This document shows, piece after piece, positions 19,800 to 29,779 of a stretch of 64,000 nt of DNA. A program made the position numbers and the translations under genes. Position 1 is the stretch's first letter, and each line of letters starts with the position of its first letter. Origin of the DNA: a virus (Duplodnaviria > Heunggongvirae > Uroviricota > Caudoviricetes); the IMG/VR virus record IMGVR_UViG_3300042561_000621; one strand, given 5' to 3'. The notes beneath the pieces are model-generated. The model made no database searches, was not told where the DNA came from, and worked only from the letters and a program-made list of their open reading frames with translations.

Positions 19800-21038
19800 A
19801 TGAGAAAAAATAAAGATAAAGGTATTTATAAAATAATAAATATTATTAATAATAAATATTATATAGGTTCTAGCGTTGATTTACAAAGTAGAAAAGCAAA
19901 TCATTTTAGAAAACTAAAAACAAATAAACATCATTGTGTTCATCTTCAAAATGCTTGGAATAAACATGGAGAAGAAAACTTTAAATGGGAAATAGTAGAA
20001 ATACTAAATGATTTAGATTTAGCTGAAATTAGAAAAGTAGAACAAAAATATATTGATGCTGATTTTAATAATCAATATAATATTGCAAAAGATACTATGG
20101 CTCCAGGAATTTATTCAGAAGAAGTAAAGCAAAAACAAATTAATGCTTGTAGAGATACAATAAGACCTAATAACAAAACAGGTCATACAGGTATTCATTA
20201 TTCAGAAAAAGAGAAAGATTATAGACCCTCTATACAAGTTTGGGGTATTAGAGTATTTCTTGGTTCTTATAAAACATTACAAGAAGCTATTAATAAAAGA
20301 AAAGAAGCTGAAGAATATTTTTGGCAACCTTGTATAGAAAAATTATCTAAAGAATTAAAACAATTAATTGTTAAACAATATAAAGAAGCTAATAAAATAG
20401 CTAGATCTAATACAAATGTTGAAGGAGTTGTTTATTCTAAAGATAGAGAATACACAGCTTATATAACAACTAAAGACAATATAGCAATTCATTTAAGTAC
20501 TAATCTAACTTTTAAACAAGCCTTAAAAGTTAGAAAAGAAGCAGAACAATATTTTTATTCAGAAGAATTTATAAATTTATCTTTTCAACAAAAAGAAGAA
20601 GCTATAAAACAATACAAAGACAAATTAAAAGGATGTAGAAATAAATCTGGCCATAAATTTGTTATATGGAATAAAAATACAAATGATTGGGTAGTTAAAC
20701 CTTTTATTGATAATAAATTAATAATGCTTGGCTATTATAAAGATTTGAATAAAGCTATAAAAGTAAAAAATGCGGCTTTATTATATTTTAACTCTACTGA
20801 ATTTTTATCTAATAATTTAGAAACTAGATTACAATTAGCACAAAACTATAAAAAAGAATGTTTATTAAATAAGAATAAAGATAAAGAACAAGGAATTTGT
20901 TATATTAAATCTAAATCTATTTGGAGGGCTTATATATTTTACAATGGTAAAAATATATCTTTAGGTCAATATCCAACTAAAGAAATGGCTCTTCAAGTTA
21001 GAAAAGAAGGAGAGTTAAAATATAGAAATAATACTTAA
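19800..21038 (+). CDS. free-standing GIY-YIG homing endonuclease with four AP2-like DNA-binding repeats
   Basis: GIYKIINIINNKYYIGSS...R...N GIY-YIG core, followed by four repeats of the type YRPSIQVWGIRVFLGSYKTLQEAINKRKEAEEYF; it lies on the strand opposite to its neighbours. Confidence 0.75.
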   Translation: MRKNKDKGIYKIINIINNKYYIGSSVDLQSRKANHFRKLKTNKHHCVHLQNAWNKHGEENFKWEIVEILNDLDLAEIRKVEQKYIDADFNNQYNIAKDTMAPGIYSEEVKQKQINACRDTIRPNNKTGHTGIHYSEKEKDYRPSIQVWGIRVFLGSYKTLQEAINKRKEAEEYFWQPCIEKLSKELKQLIVKQYKEANKIARSNTNVEGVVYSKDREYTAYITTKDNIAIHLSTNLTFKQALKVRKEAEQYFYSEEFINLSFQQKEEAIKQYKDKLKGCRNKSGHKFVIWNKNTNDWVVKPFIDNKLIMLGYYKDLNKAIKVKNAALLYFNSTEFLSNNLETRLQLAQNYKKECLLNKNKDKEQGICYIKSKSIWRAYIFYNGKNISLGQYPTKEMALQVRKEGELKYRNNT

Positions 21039-21063
21039 ATAATAAAAATAATACTTAAATAAT

Positions 21064-21098
21064 AAAAAAGAAGCTATTTAATTTAGCTTCTTTTTTAT
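21064..21098. terminator. bidirectional rho-independent terminator
   Basis: aagaagct / agcttctt stem followed by T6; lies between converging genes. Confidence 0.65.
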
Positions 21099-21445
21099 TA
21101 TTCTTCATTTTTAATTTCAGCATCAATGTTTATAATATCTTCTTTAAACATCTTTTTAACCTTATCAATTAACTCTTGATTAATACATTGTAAGTTGTCA
21201 GGATTATTTACAATATCTAGCTCTAACAGTTCTAGAAACTTATATTCTCTATCACATTGTCTTAAAAACTCTATATAAGATTTAACTTGTAGTTGTCTTA
21301 AATCAATTGCTAAATACTGTTTAGTTATAGGATGTCTTCTAACAATTTTAAAAGAAGGCCATCTTTGATGTTGTTTGATAGCTTTTACTAAATCTTTATT
21401 AGTATGCCTATTTCTTCTAATCCAACGCTTATTTGTAATATTCAT
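21098..21445 (-). CDS. hypothetical basic protein (115 aa)
   Basis: ORF. Confidence 0.45.
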   Translation of the reverse strand: MNITNKRWIRRNRHTNKDLVKAIKQHQRWPSFKIVRRHPITKQYLAIDLRQLQVKSYIEFLRQCDREYKFLELLELDIVNNPDNLQCINQELIDKVKKMFKEDIINIDAEIKNEE

Positions 21446-21517
21446 TTAGCTCATATTATATTTTATAATTACTTGTATCTTATGCTATAATTTATATATT
21501 AATACATAAATTTACTC

Positions 21518-22399
21518 ATGTCAGACAGTTACTTTTATTATTCAAATTTAGTAGATAGATATAAAGGGCCAGCAGTGTTGTGGTGTATGCTAAGAAGTGT
21601 GCCCCAGCAAGCATCTGCTGGTAAAGCTCTTATGTCTATAACTGAATATGCAATTAAATTAGAAGTAACAAAAGATACTATAAAAACTTACCTCAAAGAC
21701 ACTAGATTTTTTAGGTCTGCAATTGCCACTAAAGAAAACAATGATATATATTCTGTATATCTTGTTAGTGGTAAAAAGGTATTAGAAGGCTTAGAAAAGC
21801 AACTACAAAGCGAAGAATCACCAGCTTTAGATAAAAATGGTGATTATAGACTTGGAGTTAAATTTGAAAGTGTTCTAACAAAGGTAAAAGATATTGTAAA
21901 AGAAAGTAGATTAGCTATTACATTGTATCTTCAAAAAAGAGCAAGAAAAGCTAAAAAATACACACTTACAAAAATTCAAAAGAAAACAAAAACAAGAGTA
22001 ATAAATCACTACTCTTTCTTTAACCAAGATAATACTCCTACTAATAATGTTTCTGGGGCAATGTTTAATTTGTTAAAGAAAGATGATACTAGAGATAATG
22101 GATTTAAAACAACTATATTTCTAGGCAGTGATAGCACATATGCAGGAGTAACACTAGAAACAATTGCTAAGGTATTAGGTAGATCAATGTCTACTATTAC
22201 TAGATCTTTAAAAAAAGTGGCAAAGATTAGATTATATCAATTTAATCCTAGTTACTACAAAGAAAGAAAAGAGCAAGAGTTTTTAAAGTCAGAAGGACAA
22301 GATAATACATTTGGTAAATACTATAAATTTAAAAACTTTACTTTTAAAGCTTTACCAAATTGTTATTATCCTTGTATTAATATTCTAGGAAGTTATTAA
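21518..22399 (+). CDS. hypothetical protein (293 aa)
   Basis: Plus-strand ORF, K-rich. Confidence 0.45.
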   Translation: MSDSYFYYSNLVDRYKGPAVLWCMLRSVPQQASAGKALMSITEYAIKLEVTKDTIKTYLKDTRFFRSAIATKENNDIYSVYLVSGKKVLEGLEKQLQSEESPALDKNGDYRLGVKFESVLTKVKDIVKESRLAITLYLQKRARKAKKYTLTKIQKKTKTRVINHYSFFNQDNTPTNNVSGAMFNLLKKDDTRDNGFKTTIFLGSDSTYAGVTLETIAKVLGRSMSTITRSLKKVAKIRLYQFNPSYYKERKEQEFLKSEGQDNTFGKYYKFKNFTFKALPNCYYPCINILGSY

Positions 22400-22533
22400 T
22401 TTAGCTTCTTGTTGTTGTCTTCTCCTCCTCTCCCCACAGCTAACCCTTAAAGAGAGTATACATTATTACTTTAGTCATAATAAACTAGACTTAAATCAAG
22501 TCTAGTTTTACTGTGTTTATTACTCTTTTATTG

Positions 22534-22575
<42 letters not shown>

Positions 22576-22599
22576 AACAATAAATTAGTAATAAATATC

Positions 22600-22824
22600 A
22601 TGACTAATCAAAATGACCCTTATAAAAATATTAGAAGATTTCTATTTGGGAAAGATGCTATTAAAGAGGGAGTTAACAGAGAAGCTTTACTTTTAGCTAG
22701 TTATAAGGGAGATGTTACTTGGCCCTATTCTAAAAGCATTTTTGATGAAGGAGTAAGTTATTTAAAAATACAACATAAGTTTGATCCTTTTTATACAACT
22801 GATAGAGAAGCCTTTTTTAATTAA
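22600..22824 (+). CDS. hypothetical protein (74 aa)
   Basis: ORF. Confidence 0.35.
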   Translation: MTNQNDPYKNIRRFLFGKDAIKEGVNREALLLASYKGDVTWPYSKSIFDEGVSYLKIQHKFDPFYTTDREAFFN

Positions 22825-22852
22825 CTTTTAATACAACTTATATATTATTACA

Positions 22853-22972
22853 TTATTCAACCTTACAAGGGTTTTCTTTTGTACATTCATTAGTATTATG
22901 TTCTTTATTACATCCTGTTAAAAACAAACATAAAACTAAACATATAGCTGTTACAATTTTTAAATTAAACAT
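22853..22972 (-). CDS. small putative lipoprotein (39 aa)
   Basis: MFNLKIVTAICLVLCLFLTGCNKEHNTNECTKENPCKVE: a signal peptide with the lipobox L-T-G-C; below the ORF-track cutoff. Confidence 0.4.
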   Translation of the reverse strand: MFNLKIVTAICLVLCLFLTGCNKEHNTNECTKENPCKVE

Positions 22973-22982
22973 GTTATTTTTC

Positions 22983-24401
22983 CTAATTATCTATTACTAA
23001 TAATTCACCAAATAAAGGAATATTACTCTCATTGTATTCCTTTTCTAATACTGTCCATATAACCTGTATAGAACCTTTATTATTAAATGGTTCTAATTCT
23101 TGTGGAACTCTTTCTAAGTATAAATCTGTTAATACAACAATTAAACATACATTATTAATATCAACTTGTTCAAAACCTTTATTAATAAACTGTTTAAAAA
23201 GAGGTATAACATCAGTACCTCCACCTCCTACTAAGTATTTATCTTTATGTTCTAATAACACATCAATAAGAGGTCTATCTAACTCACTCATATTAAATAA
23301 ATGAGTACCAGTAATGCTATCATCAAATGTTACTAAAAGTAAATTACCAACAACTTTACTAATACTATTAATTTGATCTAAGAAGTGATTTAAACATTCA
23401 ATGGAGCCATAAATACTACCAGATAAATCAACAAATACAGCTATTGTATCTGGCTCTGGCAGTCTAATATAAGGATGGTTAATAGCACATCTATTAAAAG
23501 GAGATAAACCCATTTCATAACCATAAAACTCCTCCTCGCTAACAATATTATAATTAGTTATAATCTTATCTGATAAAGAATTAGAAGCTATTTGTTTAAG
23601 TCTATCCTCCCATCTTAAATCACTACTTTGAATAGAATCTACATCAGAAGGTATTAACTTATTAGATAACTTTCCATGTTGCTTTTTCTTATCATTTCTA
23701 ATAGCATTAGCAGCCTTTTTAGTCAGATCTTTAAGGATTTCTTGTTGTTCTTCATTATTGTTAGTAGAATCAGCTTCTAAAACATCAAGATCTATCTCTT
23801 CTAACTTTATAGTAAGACCAGATGGTAATGTAATAGTATCTAAGTCATCATTATTACCATCTTGTTGTTGTCCCTTATTACTACCTCCACCACTAAACTT
23901 ACTATTAGTTAACACATAAGCAAGTAATTGTTCTTCTGTCCAATTATTATCATTAATTCTTGGATGATCTTTTTCTAAAAAAGTGGATAAAAAGACACCG
24001 CCTAAGTCACCAAAAGTATAACCCGCCTCTTTTAATGATTGATTAATAATAGCATCTTCAACTAGATTAAGTATATGGTTTAAGAAGTAAGCTTTATCAG
24101 CATATTGTTTATACAAACCCTTATTATGAAGACCAAATCTATAACTATGATTAAGATATATATGATACATCTCATGCAAAGTTAAAGTTATAAACTCACT
24201 TAACTTACTACTATCAGCCTCAATTTTATTAATGTAAGACTTATTATACATAATAGTATTATTAGTACAAGCTGCATAAGCAAAGTCATAATCCCCTATC
24301 TTAATACTAATAGCAGATAACAAATAAGCAAAAAATGGTTCAACTTTATTAACTAATAAATATATAGTTTTATCAGTAATCTTAAAACTTAGTTTAGACA
24401 T
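22983..24401 (-). CDS. VWA-domain protein with N-terminal zincin-like HExxH motif (DUF2201-like partner of a MoxR ATPase)
   Basis: TLHEMYHIYLNH (HExxH) and the MIDAS motif VDLSGSIYGS; overlaps the upstream AAA+ gene by 8 nt. Confidence 0.6.
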   Translation of the reverse strand: MSKLSFKITDKTIYLLVNKVEPFFAYLLSAISIKIGDYDFAYAACTNNTIMYNKSYINKIEADSSKLSEFITLTLHEMYHIYLNHSYRFGLHNKGLYKQYADKAYFLNHILNLVEDAIINQSLKEAGYTFGDLGGVFLSTFLEKDHPRINDNNWTEEQLLAYVLTNSKFSGGGSNKGQQQDGNNDDLDTITLPSGLTIKLEEIDLDVLEADSTNNNEEQQEILKDLTKKAANAIRNDKKKQHGKLSNKLIPSDVDSIQSSDLRWEDRLKQIASNSLSDKIITNYNIVSEEEFYGYEMGLSPFNRCAINHPYIRLPEPDTIAVFVDLSGSIYGSIECLNHFLDQINSISKVVGNLLLVTFDDSITGTHLFNMSELDRPLIDVLLEHKDKYLVGGGGTDVIPLFKQFINKGFEQVDINNVCLIVVLTDLYLERVPQELEPFNNKGSIQVIWTVLEKEYNESNIPLFGELLVIDN

Positions 24402-25674
24402 TGCTATTTTTTATACCCATATCAACTGTAGATTTAGTAACAATATGTTCATTTATAATCTTTTCACAGTCTTCTATTAACTGATAATAAACATTAACCC
24501 TAGAATTAGCCATTAACATATCAAACACATTACTAATAGTTGCTGGAGTATTAATGCCCTCTTTAAATTTAGTAGATATCAGCTTATCAAGTACTTGCAT
24601 AAGATTACTAATTGGTGGATAAACATAAGTCATCTTACCTTTTTTATTATAATTGACTTCAATCTTACCTTCATCTTTTAATTTTACAAAGGTTGTCATT
24701 CTATTATTAATCTCTTGATAAACAGTGAAAATAACACTACTTACAGCTTCTAAGTTGGCTGTAATATGTTTACTATAATCAACTGACTTATCTTTACAAG
24801 TAGACTCTAAAAACTCAATAGAAGGAATATTTAAAGTACTATTTAAACTTCTAATAAAGATATTAGATAAACTACTACCAATAAGACCGCTAACATTTTG
24901 AGTAAAACTCTCTTTATACTTATTGTCTAACACATTAACAGTTAATTTATATAACATATCAGACACAGCAGACCAAGTTCTAGGACAAGGATTAACATAG
25001 TTATTACTATTAGCACCATAACCTACAAACTCAGTTGGAATACCACCATTAGCTGCTAAGAACTTACTATCATTAGTGATTGCCCACTTCCTATCTTTTA
25101 AAAATGCATGAACACTAGGGTGATTATGATTTGCACTATATTCTAAGTATTCTTCAACATTAAGTTGTACTTCTAAAAGCACCAATCTACTAATAATAGG
25201 ACTACTAATATTAAATACATTAGCATTATCACTAGCTCTATTAGTGGCACCAACAATGATAAACTTATCAGTTGGTAAGTCATAGTTACCAAGCTTTCTA
25301 TCACCCAGTAGTTGCTGCAAAATCATCATCTCTTGAGGATTAGCATTAGCAAAGTCATCTAGAAACAATAGAGTCTTTTTATCATTATTAATAGCATTGT
25401 TATACCATTCAGCAACATAATGAGTACAAGCTTTTGTTTCAGGATCAATAAAATCAACGCCATAGATATTAGATTTAGTGATTAAACCTCCTGTAAATAC
25501 AACAATGTTATAATCATTATCTTTAGCATATTGATAGATTTTAGCTGATTTACCAAGACCAGGAAAGCCCATAAACAAACAACTTCTATTAGTATAACTA
25601 GCAAGTTTAATTTGCATAGGAATACTATTTAAAGTAATCTCCCCACCATTAAAATTTGACAACTTATTTGACAT
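24394..25674 (-). CDS. MoxR/AAA_5-type AAA+ ATPase
   Basis: Walker A FMGFPGLGKS, Walker B LLFLDDF, and a sensor region ...VGATNRA. Confidence 0.7.
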   Translation of the reverse strand: MSNKLSNFNGGEITLNSIPMQIKLASYTNRSCLFMGFPGLGKSAKIYQYAKDNDYNIVVFTGGLITKSNIYGVDFIDPETKACTHYVAEWYNNAINNDKKTLLFLDDFANANPQEMMILQQLLGDRKLGNYDLPTDKFIIVGATNRASDNANVFNISSPIISRLVLLEVQLNVEEYLEYSANHNHPSVHAFLKDRKWAITNDSKFLAANGGIPTEFVGYGANSNNYVNPCPRTWSAVSDMLYKLTVNVLDNKYKESFTQNVSGLIGSSLSNIFIRSLNSTLNIPSIEFLESTCKDKSVDYSKHITANLEAVSSVIFTVYQEINNRMTTFVKLKDEGKIEVNYNKKGKMTYVYPPISNLMQVLDKLISTKFKEGINTPATISNVFDMLMANSRVNVYYQLIEDCEKIINEHIVTKSTVDMGIKNSNV

Positions 25675-25726
25675 AATTAACTTATATTTTTACTTATTTT
25701 TACTTAACTTTATTTAATTTTATTTA

Positions 25727-26278
25727 TTAAACATTTTTCAAACAACTAGTAATTTGATTCTTTGAATCTAATACTATTAAATCTAAATAATTAATATATT
25801 TAAACAACATAACAAATGAAGAATATCCTCTTAATTTCCAACTTCCTAACTCATAATATATCATGTCATCTTTTACAATTTCATCTAATGATAAATTAAA
25901 AGTTATAAGTAATTCTTTTAAAATCACATCTTTTATAAGAATCTTATCAGGCAAATTATAATTAATAAGAGTATAGTAAAACTTAGGATAAGCTACAACT
26001 CTATTAATAATTTCTAAGAATATTAAAGATATTTCTTCTTTTGTTTTAGTTTTATTTGTTATATTTTTATAAGTAATACATAAAGAATTAAATAAATAAA
26101 ATTCTTTTATACTAACTTGTAAATTTAATCTAGTATTATTTAATCCCAACAAGGTAATAGTATCATTAGCATTTATACTATAAAATGTTTTTATAGTTTG
26201 TTTATGAGAAAAGGTAAGATCATCTGGATAAACACCTCCTAATAATCTTAAAGAATTTTGTTGAAATACTCTGGACAT
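25727..26278 (-). CDS. hypothetical protein (183 aa)
   Basis: ORF. Confidence 0.4.
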   Translation of the reverse strand: MSRVFQQNSLRLLGGVYPDDLTFSHKQTIKTFYSINANDTITLLGLNNTRLNLQVSIKEFYLFNSLCITYKNITNKTKTKEEISLIFLEIINRVVAYPKFYYTLINYNLPDKILIKDVILKELLITFNLSLDEIVKDDMIYYELGSWKLRGYSSFVMLFKYINYLDLIVLDSKNQITSCLKNV

Positions 26279-26817
26279 TAAATAATAATTGCACTAGTTC
26301 TACTACTAATATGTGTTGGAATTCTTACAATATTCTCAGTCATAATACTTAGTCCTTCCATAATATCAACTATCTTTCTAGTATTAAGATTATCTTCAGT
26401 CCATAAATGAGTACCACTATCACTTATATTTGTAATACTTTCTGGAACTATTGGAAAATAATAACATTCAACAGTGTTATTACCTTTTACTCTTGTACTT
26501 AATTGATAAGATTTAGTAGTATAACTAAGTTCTAAAGTATATTCTGCATTTTTAAAGATTATATTATTAAATCTATTATCTACAAATGTAATATTTTCTA
26601 TATTATTTAAATCAACTTTACTTAAATCTTCATTTGTTTGAAGATCAATATATAGAGAAACTCTTTTCTTATTAGCTTTATTAGTATTATTAGAGGGTAA
26701 ATCATAATGAATTAAATCTTTTCCTACAAATCTATTAATTGCAAAATGCAAAATTAAATTATTATTACTAAGCTGTTTCCAACTAGTAAAAACCCCACAC
26801 ACATAATTGATTGACAT
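26278..26817 (-). CDS. hypothetical protein (179 aa)
   Basis: ORF. Confidence 0.4.
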   Translation of the reverse strand: MSINYVCGVFTSWKQLSNNNLILHFAINRFVGKDLIHYDLPSNNTNKANKKRVSLYIDLQTNEDLSKVDLNNIENITFVDNRFNNIIFKNAEYTLELSYTTKSYQLSTRVKGNNTVECYYFPIVPESITNISDSGTHLWTEDNLNTRKIVDIMEGLSIMTENIVRIPTHISSRTSAIII

Positions 26818-26902
26818 CTTAGCTTTTTTTTATACATAATATTTATTAAAATTAAATGTTTACAAACTTAATATTACATAATATAAAAAATATTTTATAA
26901 TA

Positions 26903-26950
26903 AATTTTTAGTATGTAAGTAAAATATTTTAATTTACATACTAAAAATTT
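26903..26950 (-). terminator. 17-bp perfect-stem hairpin, probable terminator after gene 26952..27215
   Basis: aaatttttagtatgtaa ... ttacatactaaaaattt, immediately after the stop codon. Confidence 0.5.
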
Positions 26951-26951
26951 A

Positions 26952-27215
26952 TTATAAATCTTCATTTATTATATTAATTCTTTTAGGAAACCAAGTATCA
27001 AAATGAAGAAATTCCTTATGCATAAAAGACCAATCATCTGTAGAACTAATATCAATATTAATATTGATATTACTACTTAAAACTTCTAATAATTTATTTG
27101 ATAAACTAAAAATATAATTATCTAGTTTAAGATAATTTATTAAATAAAAGGTTATTGTATTAGCATTTATATTTTTAACATATAAATTATTTTTATTCTT
27201 AGTTTTTTTAGACAT
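26952..27215 (-). CDS. hypothetical protein (87 aa)
   Basis: ORF. Confidence 0.35.
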   Translation of the reverse strand: MSKKTKNKNNLYVKNINANTITFYLINYLKLDNYIFSLSNKLLEVLSSNININIDISSTDDWSFMHKEFLHFDTWFPKRINIINEDL

Positions 27216-27483
27216 TGATAAATCCTTTATTATATACTTCTTTTTCTAAGGAACTAAACAAATTGATAATTTCTGCTTGAATAATTACAAATTGATTATT
27301 AGTAAAATTATCTTCTAAATACCCATCATCATATTTTATATATAATGATGATGGGTTAATATTTAGCACAACTGCAAATTTAATAATAGGATTATATTTT
27401 AATGAATTATCTAAAGCTAGTTCAGCTATAGCTAATCTATCATTTAAATTAACCTTTTTTCCTTGTCGGTCTACTATAATCAT
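27208..27483 (-). CDS. hypothetical protein (91 aa)
   Basis: ORF. Confidence 0.35.
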   Translation of the reverse strand: MIIVDRQGKKVNLNDRLAIAELALDNSLKYNPIIKFAVVLNINPSSLYIKYDDGYLEDNFTNNQFVIIQAEIINLFSSLEKEVYNKGFINV

Positions 27484-27787
27484 TTAACAATTCCTCTTTA
27501 ATATTAAAATACTTAATAATCTTATCTTTAGTATTACTAATAGTATTAACACCATTAATCATACCTGATAAATGTCTAGGTTTAATACCTAAATCACTTG
27601 CTACATCTTGTTGTCTTTTACCAGTTAATTTAGTAAGAACACCTAATGTATAAGCTCCACTTAGTACTCTCCAATGAGTAATAAAAGACTCTGCAATAGC
27701 TCTATCTTCAACACTTAACTTATCATTATTATAATCAAACTTTAGGGCTTTATACTCAGCCAAATTTTTAGGATATGTAATAGTCAT
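27449..27787 (-). CDS. XRE-family helix-turn-helix transcriptional regulator
   Basis: LTGKRQQDVASDLGIKPRHLSGMINGV is a canonical HTH_3 motif. Confidence 0.6.
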   Translation of the reverse strand: MTITYPKNLAEYKALKFDYNNDKLSVEDRAIAESFITHWRVLSGAYTLGVLTKLTGKRQQDVASDLGIKPRHLSGMINGVNTISNTKDKIIKYFNIKEELLNDYSRPTRKKG

Positions 27788-27861
27788 TGTTATTCTTTAA
27801 CTCTTATATGTGTAACATGTATGTATATATATTAATGTGCAAACTTAAAGTGGGTATGTAT

Positions 27862-28248
27862 TTAATTCCACTCTTCCCACATAGCTAAAACAAGCTGTAA
27901 TACATTAGTTAAATCTGAATAAATCTCTTTATGATAAGATTCTTTTAGACTATTACTAATAGTTATTAAATTAATTAAAGAGTTAAACTCTATTAAAGTA
28001 AAACCCTTCATGTTTAAATATTTACTAATAGAAATAATCTTTTTTAATTTGGGCCCTTTAGTAGGATATAAATTAAAATAATCTTCTACATTCTTATCAA
28101 GGTATAAATTAAAACCTCTTAGAGGAGAATATATAATAAGTCTTATTTCATCATTTGAAGCATAGTTTTTATTAGCTGATAAGATATAATTAGTTATACT
28201 TTTCTTTTTAAACTTTTCTTTAAAGCATTTAATATAGATAGGTTGCAT
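27862..28248 (-). CDS. paralog-family protein 1 of 5 (conserved C-terminal LQLVxAxWxxWN)
   Basis: N-terminus MQPIYIKCFK and C-terminus ...VLQLVLAMWEEWN. Confidence 0.5.
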   Translation of the reverse strand: MQPIYIKCFKEKFKKKSITNYILSANKNYASNDEIRLIIYSPLRGFNLYLDKNVEDYFNLYPTKGPKLKKIISISKYLNMKGFTLIEFNSLINLITISNSLKESYHKEIYSDLTNVLQLVLAMWEEWN

Positions 28249-28254
28249 ATTAAT

Positions 28255-28644
28255 TTAGTTCCAGTCATCCCATTTAGCAATTATAAGTTGCAATAACTCA
28301 ACTAATTTAGAAGCCGAGGGCCAACCAGGTCTAATATTACTTTCTTCAATCATCTTTTCTAGTAAATATATTAAATCATAAAACTCTATTAAACTAAAAT
28401 GTTCTACATCTGCATACCACCATTCTATAGACCTTGTATTGTAAACTTCAACTATTTCATAATCTTTATTTACTTTTAAATTTATAAACAGTTCATCATA
28501 GTTATAGAACTGGGTTAAATATATAAATTTATCTAGGTTAATAGGATTATTACTATCTACTATAAAGTATTTAATATGACTTTTAACTTCATCCTTAGTT
28601 TTAAACTTATAAATGTATATAGGTTTTAACATACTTAATTCCAA
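28255..28644 (-). CDS. paralog-family protein 2 of 5
   Basis: C-terminus ...LLQLIIAKWDDWN. Confidence 0.5.
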   Translation of the reverse strand: MELSMLKPIYIYKFKTKDEVKSHIKYFIVDSNNPINLDKFIYLTQFYNYDELFINLKVNKDYEIVEVYNTRSIEWWYADVEHFSLIEFYDLIYLLEKMIEESNIRPGWPSASKLVELLQLIIAKWDDWN

Positions 28645-29036
28645 TCATCCCATTTAGCAATTATTAATTGTATTAAATTAATTAATTCTTCTTTTGCACA
28701 AAAAAAAGAAGGACAAAAAATATAAAAGCTCTTATTAAAATCTCCATCTCTTAATTTATAAAACATGTCTAACATACTTAATACTTCTTTAAAAGTTAAA
28801 TCTGTATACAACATTATATTAGTTTTATTTCTATTAAAATTTGATACTTTACTCCATTCTACTAATATATCAAATTGAAGAATGTAACTATTAGTATCAA
28901 CAAGTTGAATGTTTACAGGAAATAGATTTAAGTTATCTATAACTTCTTCTTTATTAGTTATTGCTAAGTAGTAGATAGTCTTATTAATTCTAGTTAAAGT
29001 GGTTCTTTTACATAATTTATATTTAACTTCAAACAT
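28635..29036 (-). CDS. paralog-family protein 3 of 5
   Basis: C-terminus ...LIQLIIAKWDDWN. Confidence 0.5.
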   Translation of the reverse strand: MFEVKYKLCKRTTLTRINKTIYYLAITNKEEVIDNLNLFPVNIQLVDTNSYILQFDILVEWSKVSNFNRNKTNIMLYTDLTFKEVLSMLDMFYKLRDGDFNKSFYIFCPSFFCAKEELINLIQLIIAKWDDWN

Positions 29037-29047
29037 AATTTAACATA

Positions 29048-29410
29048 TTAATTCCAATCCTCCCCTTTAGCTACAATCAACTGCAATACATTTGTTATAT
29101 GGTCATAATATTCAGATTTATTACAATCTTCTAATAAGTCAATTAAAGAATTAAAACTCATTAAATGAAATCTTTTAGTCTTTTTATTAAGAGATACAAC
29201 ACTATCTAAGTTATACCACGCAGTAGTCCAATCTTCACTAATAGTAAAATAAGACTTATTTATAATTTTGTTAATATAAATTTTAGTTTTTAAATTAATA
29301 GAATTTACTATGCAAAACAACTTATCCTCTGGATTATAGTTTTTAGTATCTAATAAAATATATTTATTTAAATGTTCTAGCTCAAATTTATAAAGGTATA
29401 TAGGTTGCAT
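29048..29410 (-). CDS. paralog-family protein 4 of 5
   Basis: N-terminus MQPIYLYKFE and C-terminus ...VLQLIVAKGEDWN. Confidence 0.5.
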   Translation of the reverse strand: MQPIYLYKFELEHLNKYILLDTKNYNPEDKLFCIVNSINLKTKIYINKIINKSYFTISEDWTTAWYNLDSVVSLNKKTKRFHLMSFNSLIDLLEDCNKSEYYDHITNVLQLIVAKGEDWN

Positions 29411-29779
29411 CTAATACCACTTATCCCATTTAGCAATTACAAGTTGTAATAACTCAATTAATGTATGTTTATTATAATGAAAACTATTATTTACATCTTT
29501 AATAACTAATAATAATTCATCAAATGTTATAAGTCTTTTATTATTTAAATATCTATTAGGTAAACTAAAAGATTTAGTCCAAAAGAACATATTGTCATAA
29601 TTAACTACACTTTCACTAATAAAAATAATTCTAAATTCACTAATATTTAAAACTTGAAACTTATAATCAAATGCTTTTGGATTATTAAAAGTATATGCAG
29701 TCAAGATTATAAAACAACATTCATTAAAATTAGTAATTGATTCTTTAATATAAATGTATATTGGTTTTATATTACTCAT
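29411..29779 (-). CDS. paralog-family protein 5 of 5
   Basis: N-terminus IKPIYIYIKE and C-terminus ...LLQLVIAKWDKWY. Confidence 0.5.
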   Translation of the reverse strand: MSNIKPIYIYIKESITNFNECCFIILTAYTFNNPKAFDYKFQVLNISEFRIIFISESVVNYDNMFFWTKSFSLPNRYLNNKRLITFDELLLVIKDVNNSFHYNKHTLIELLQLVIAKWDKWY

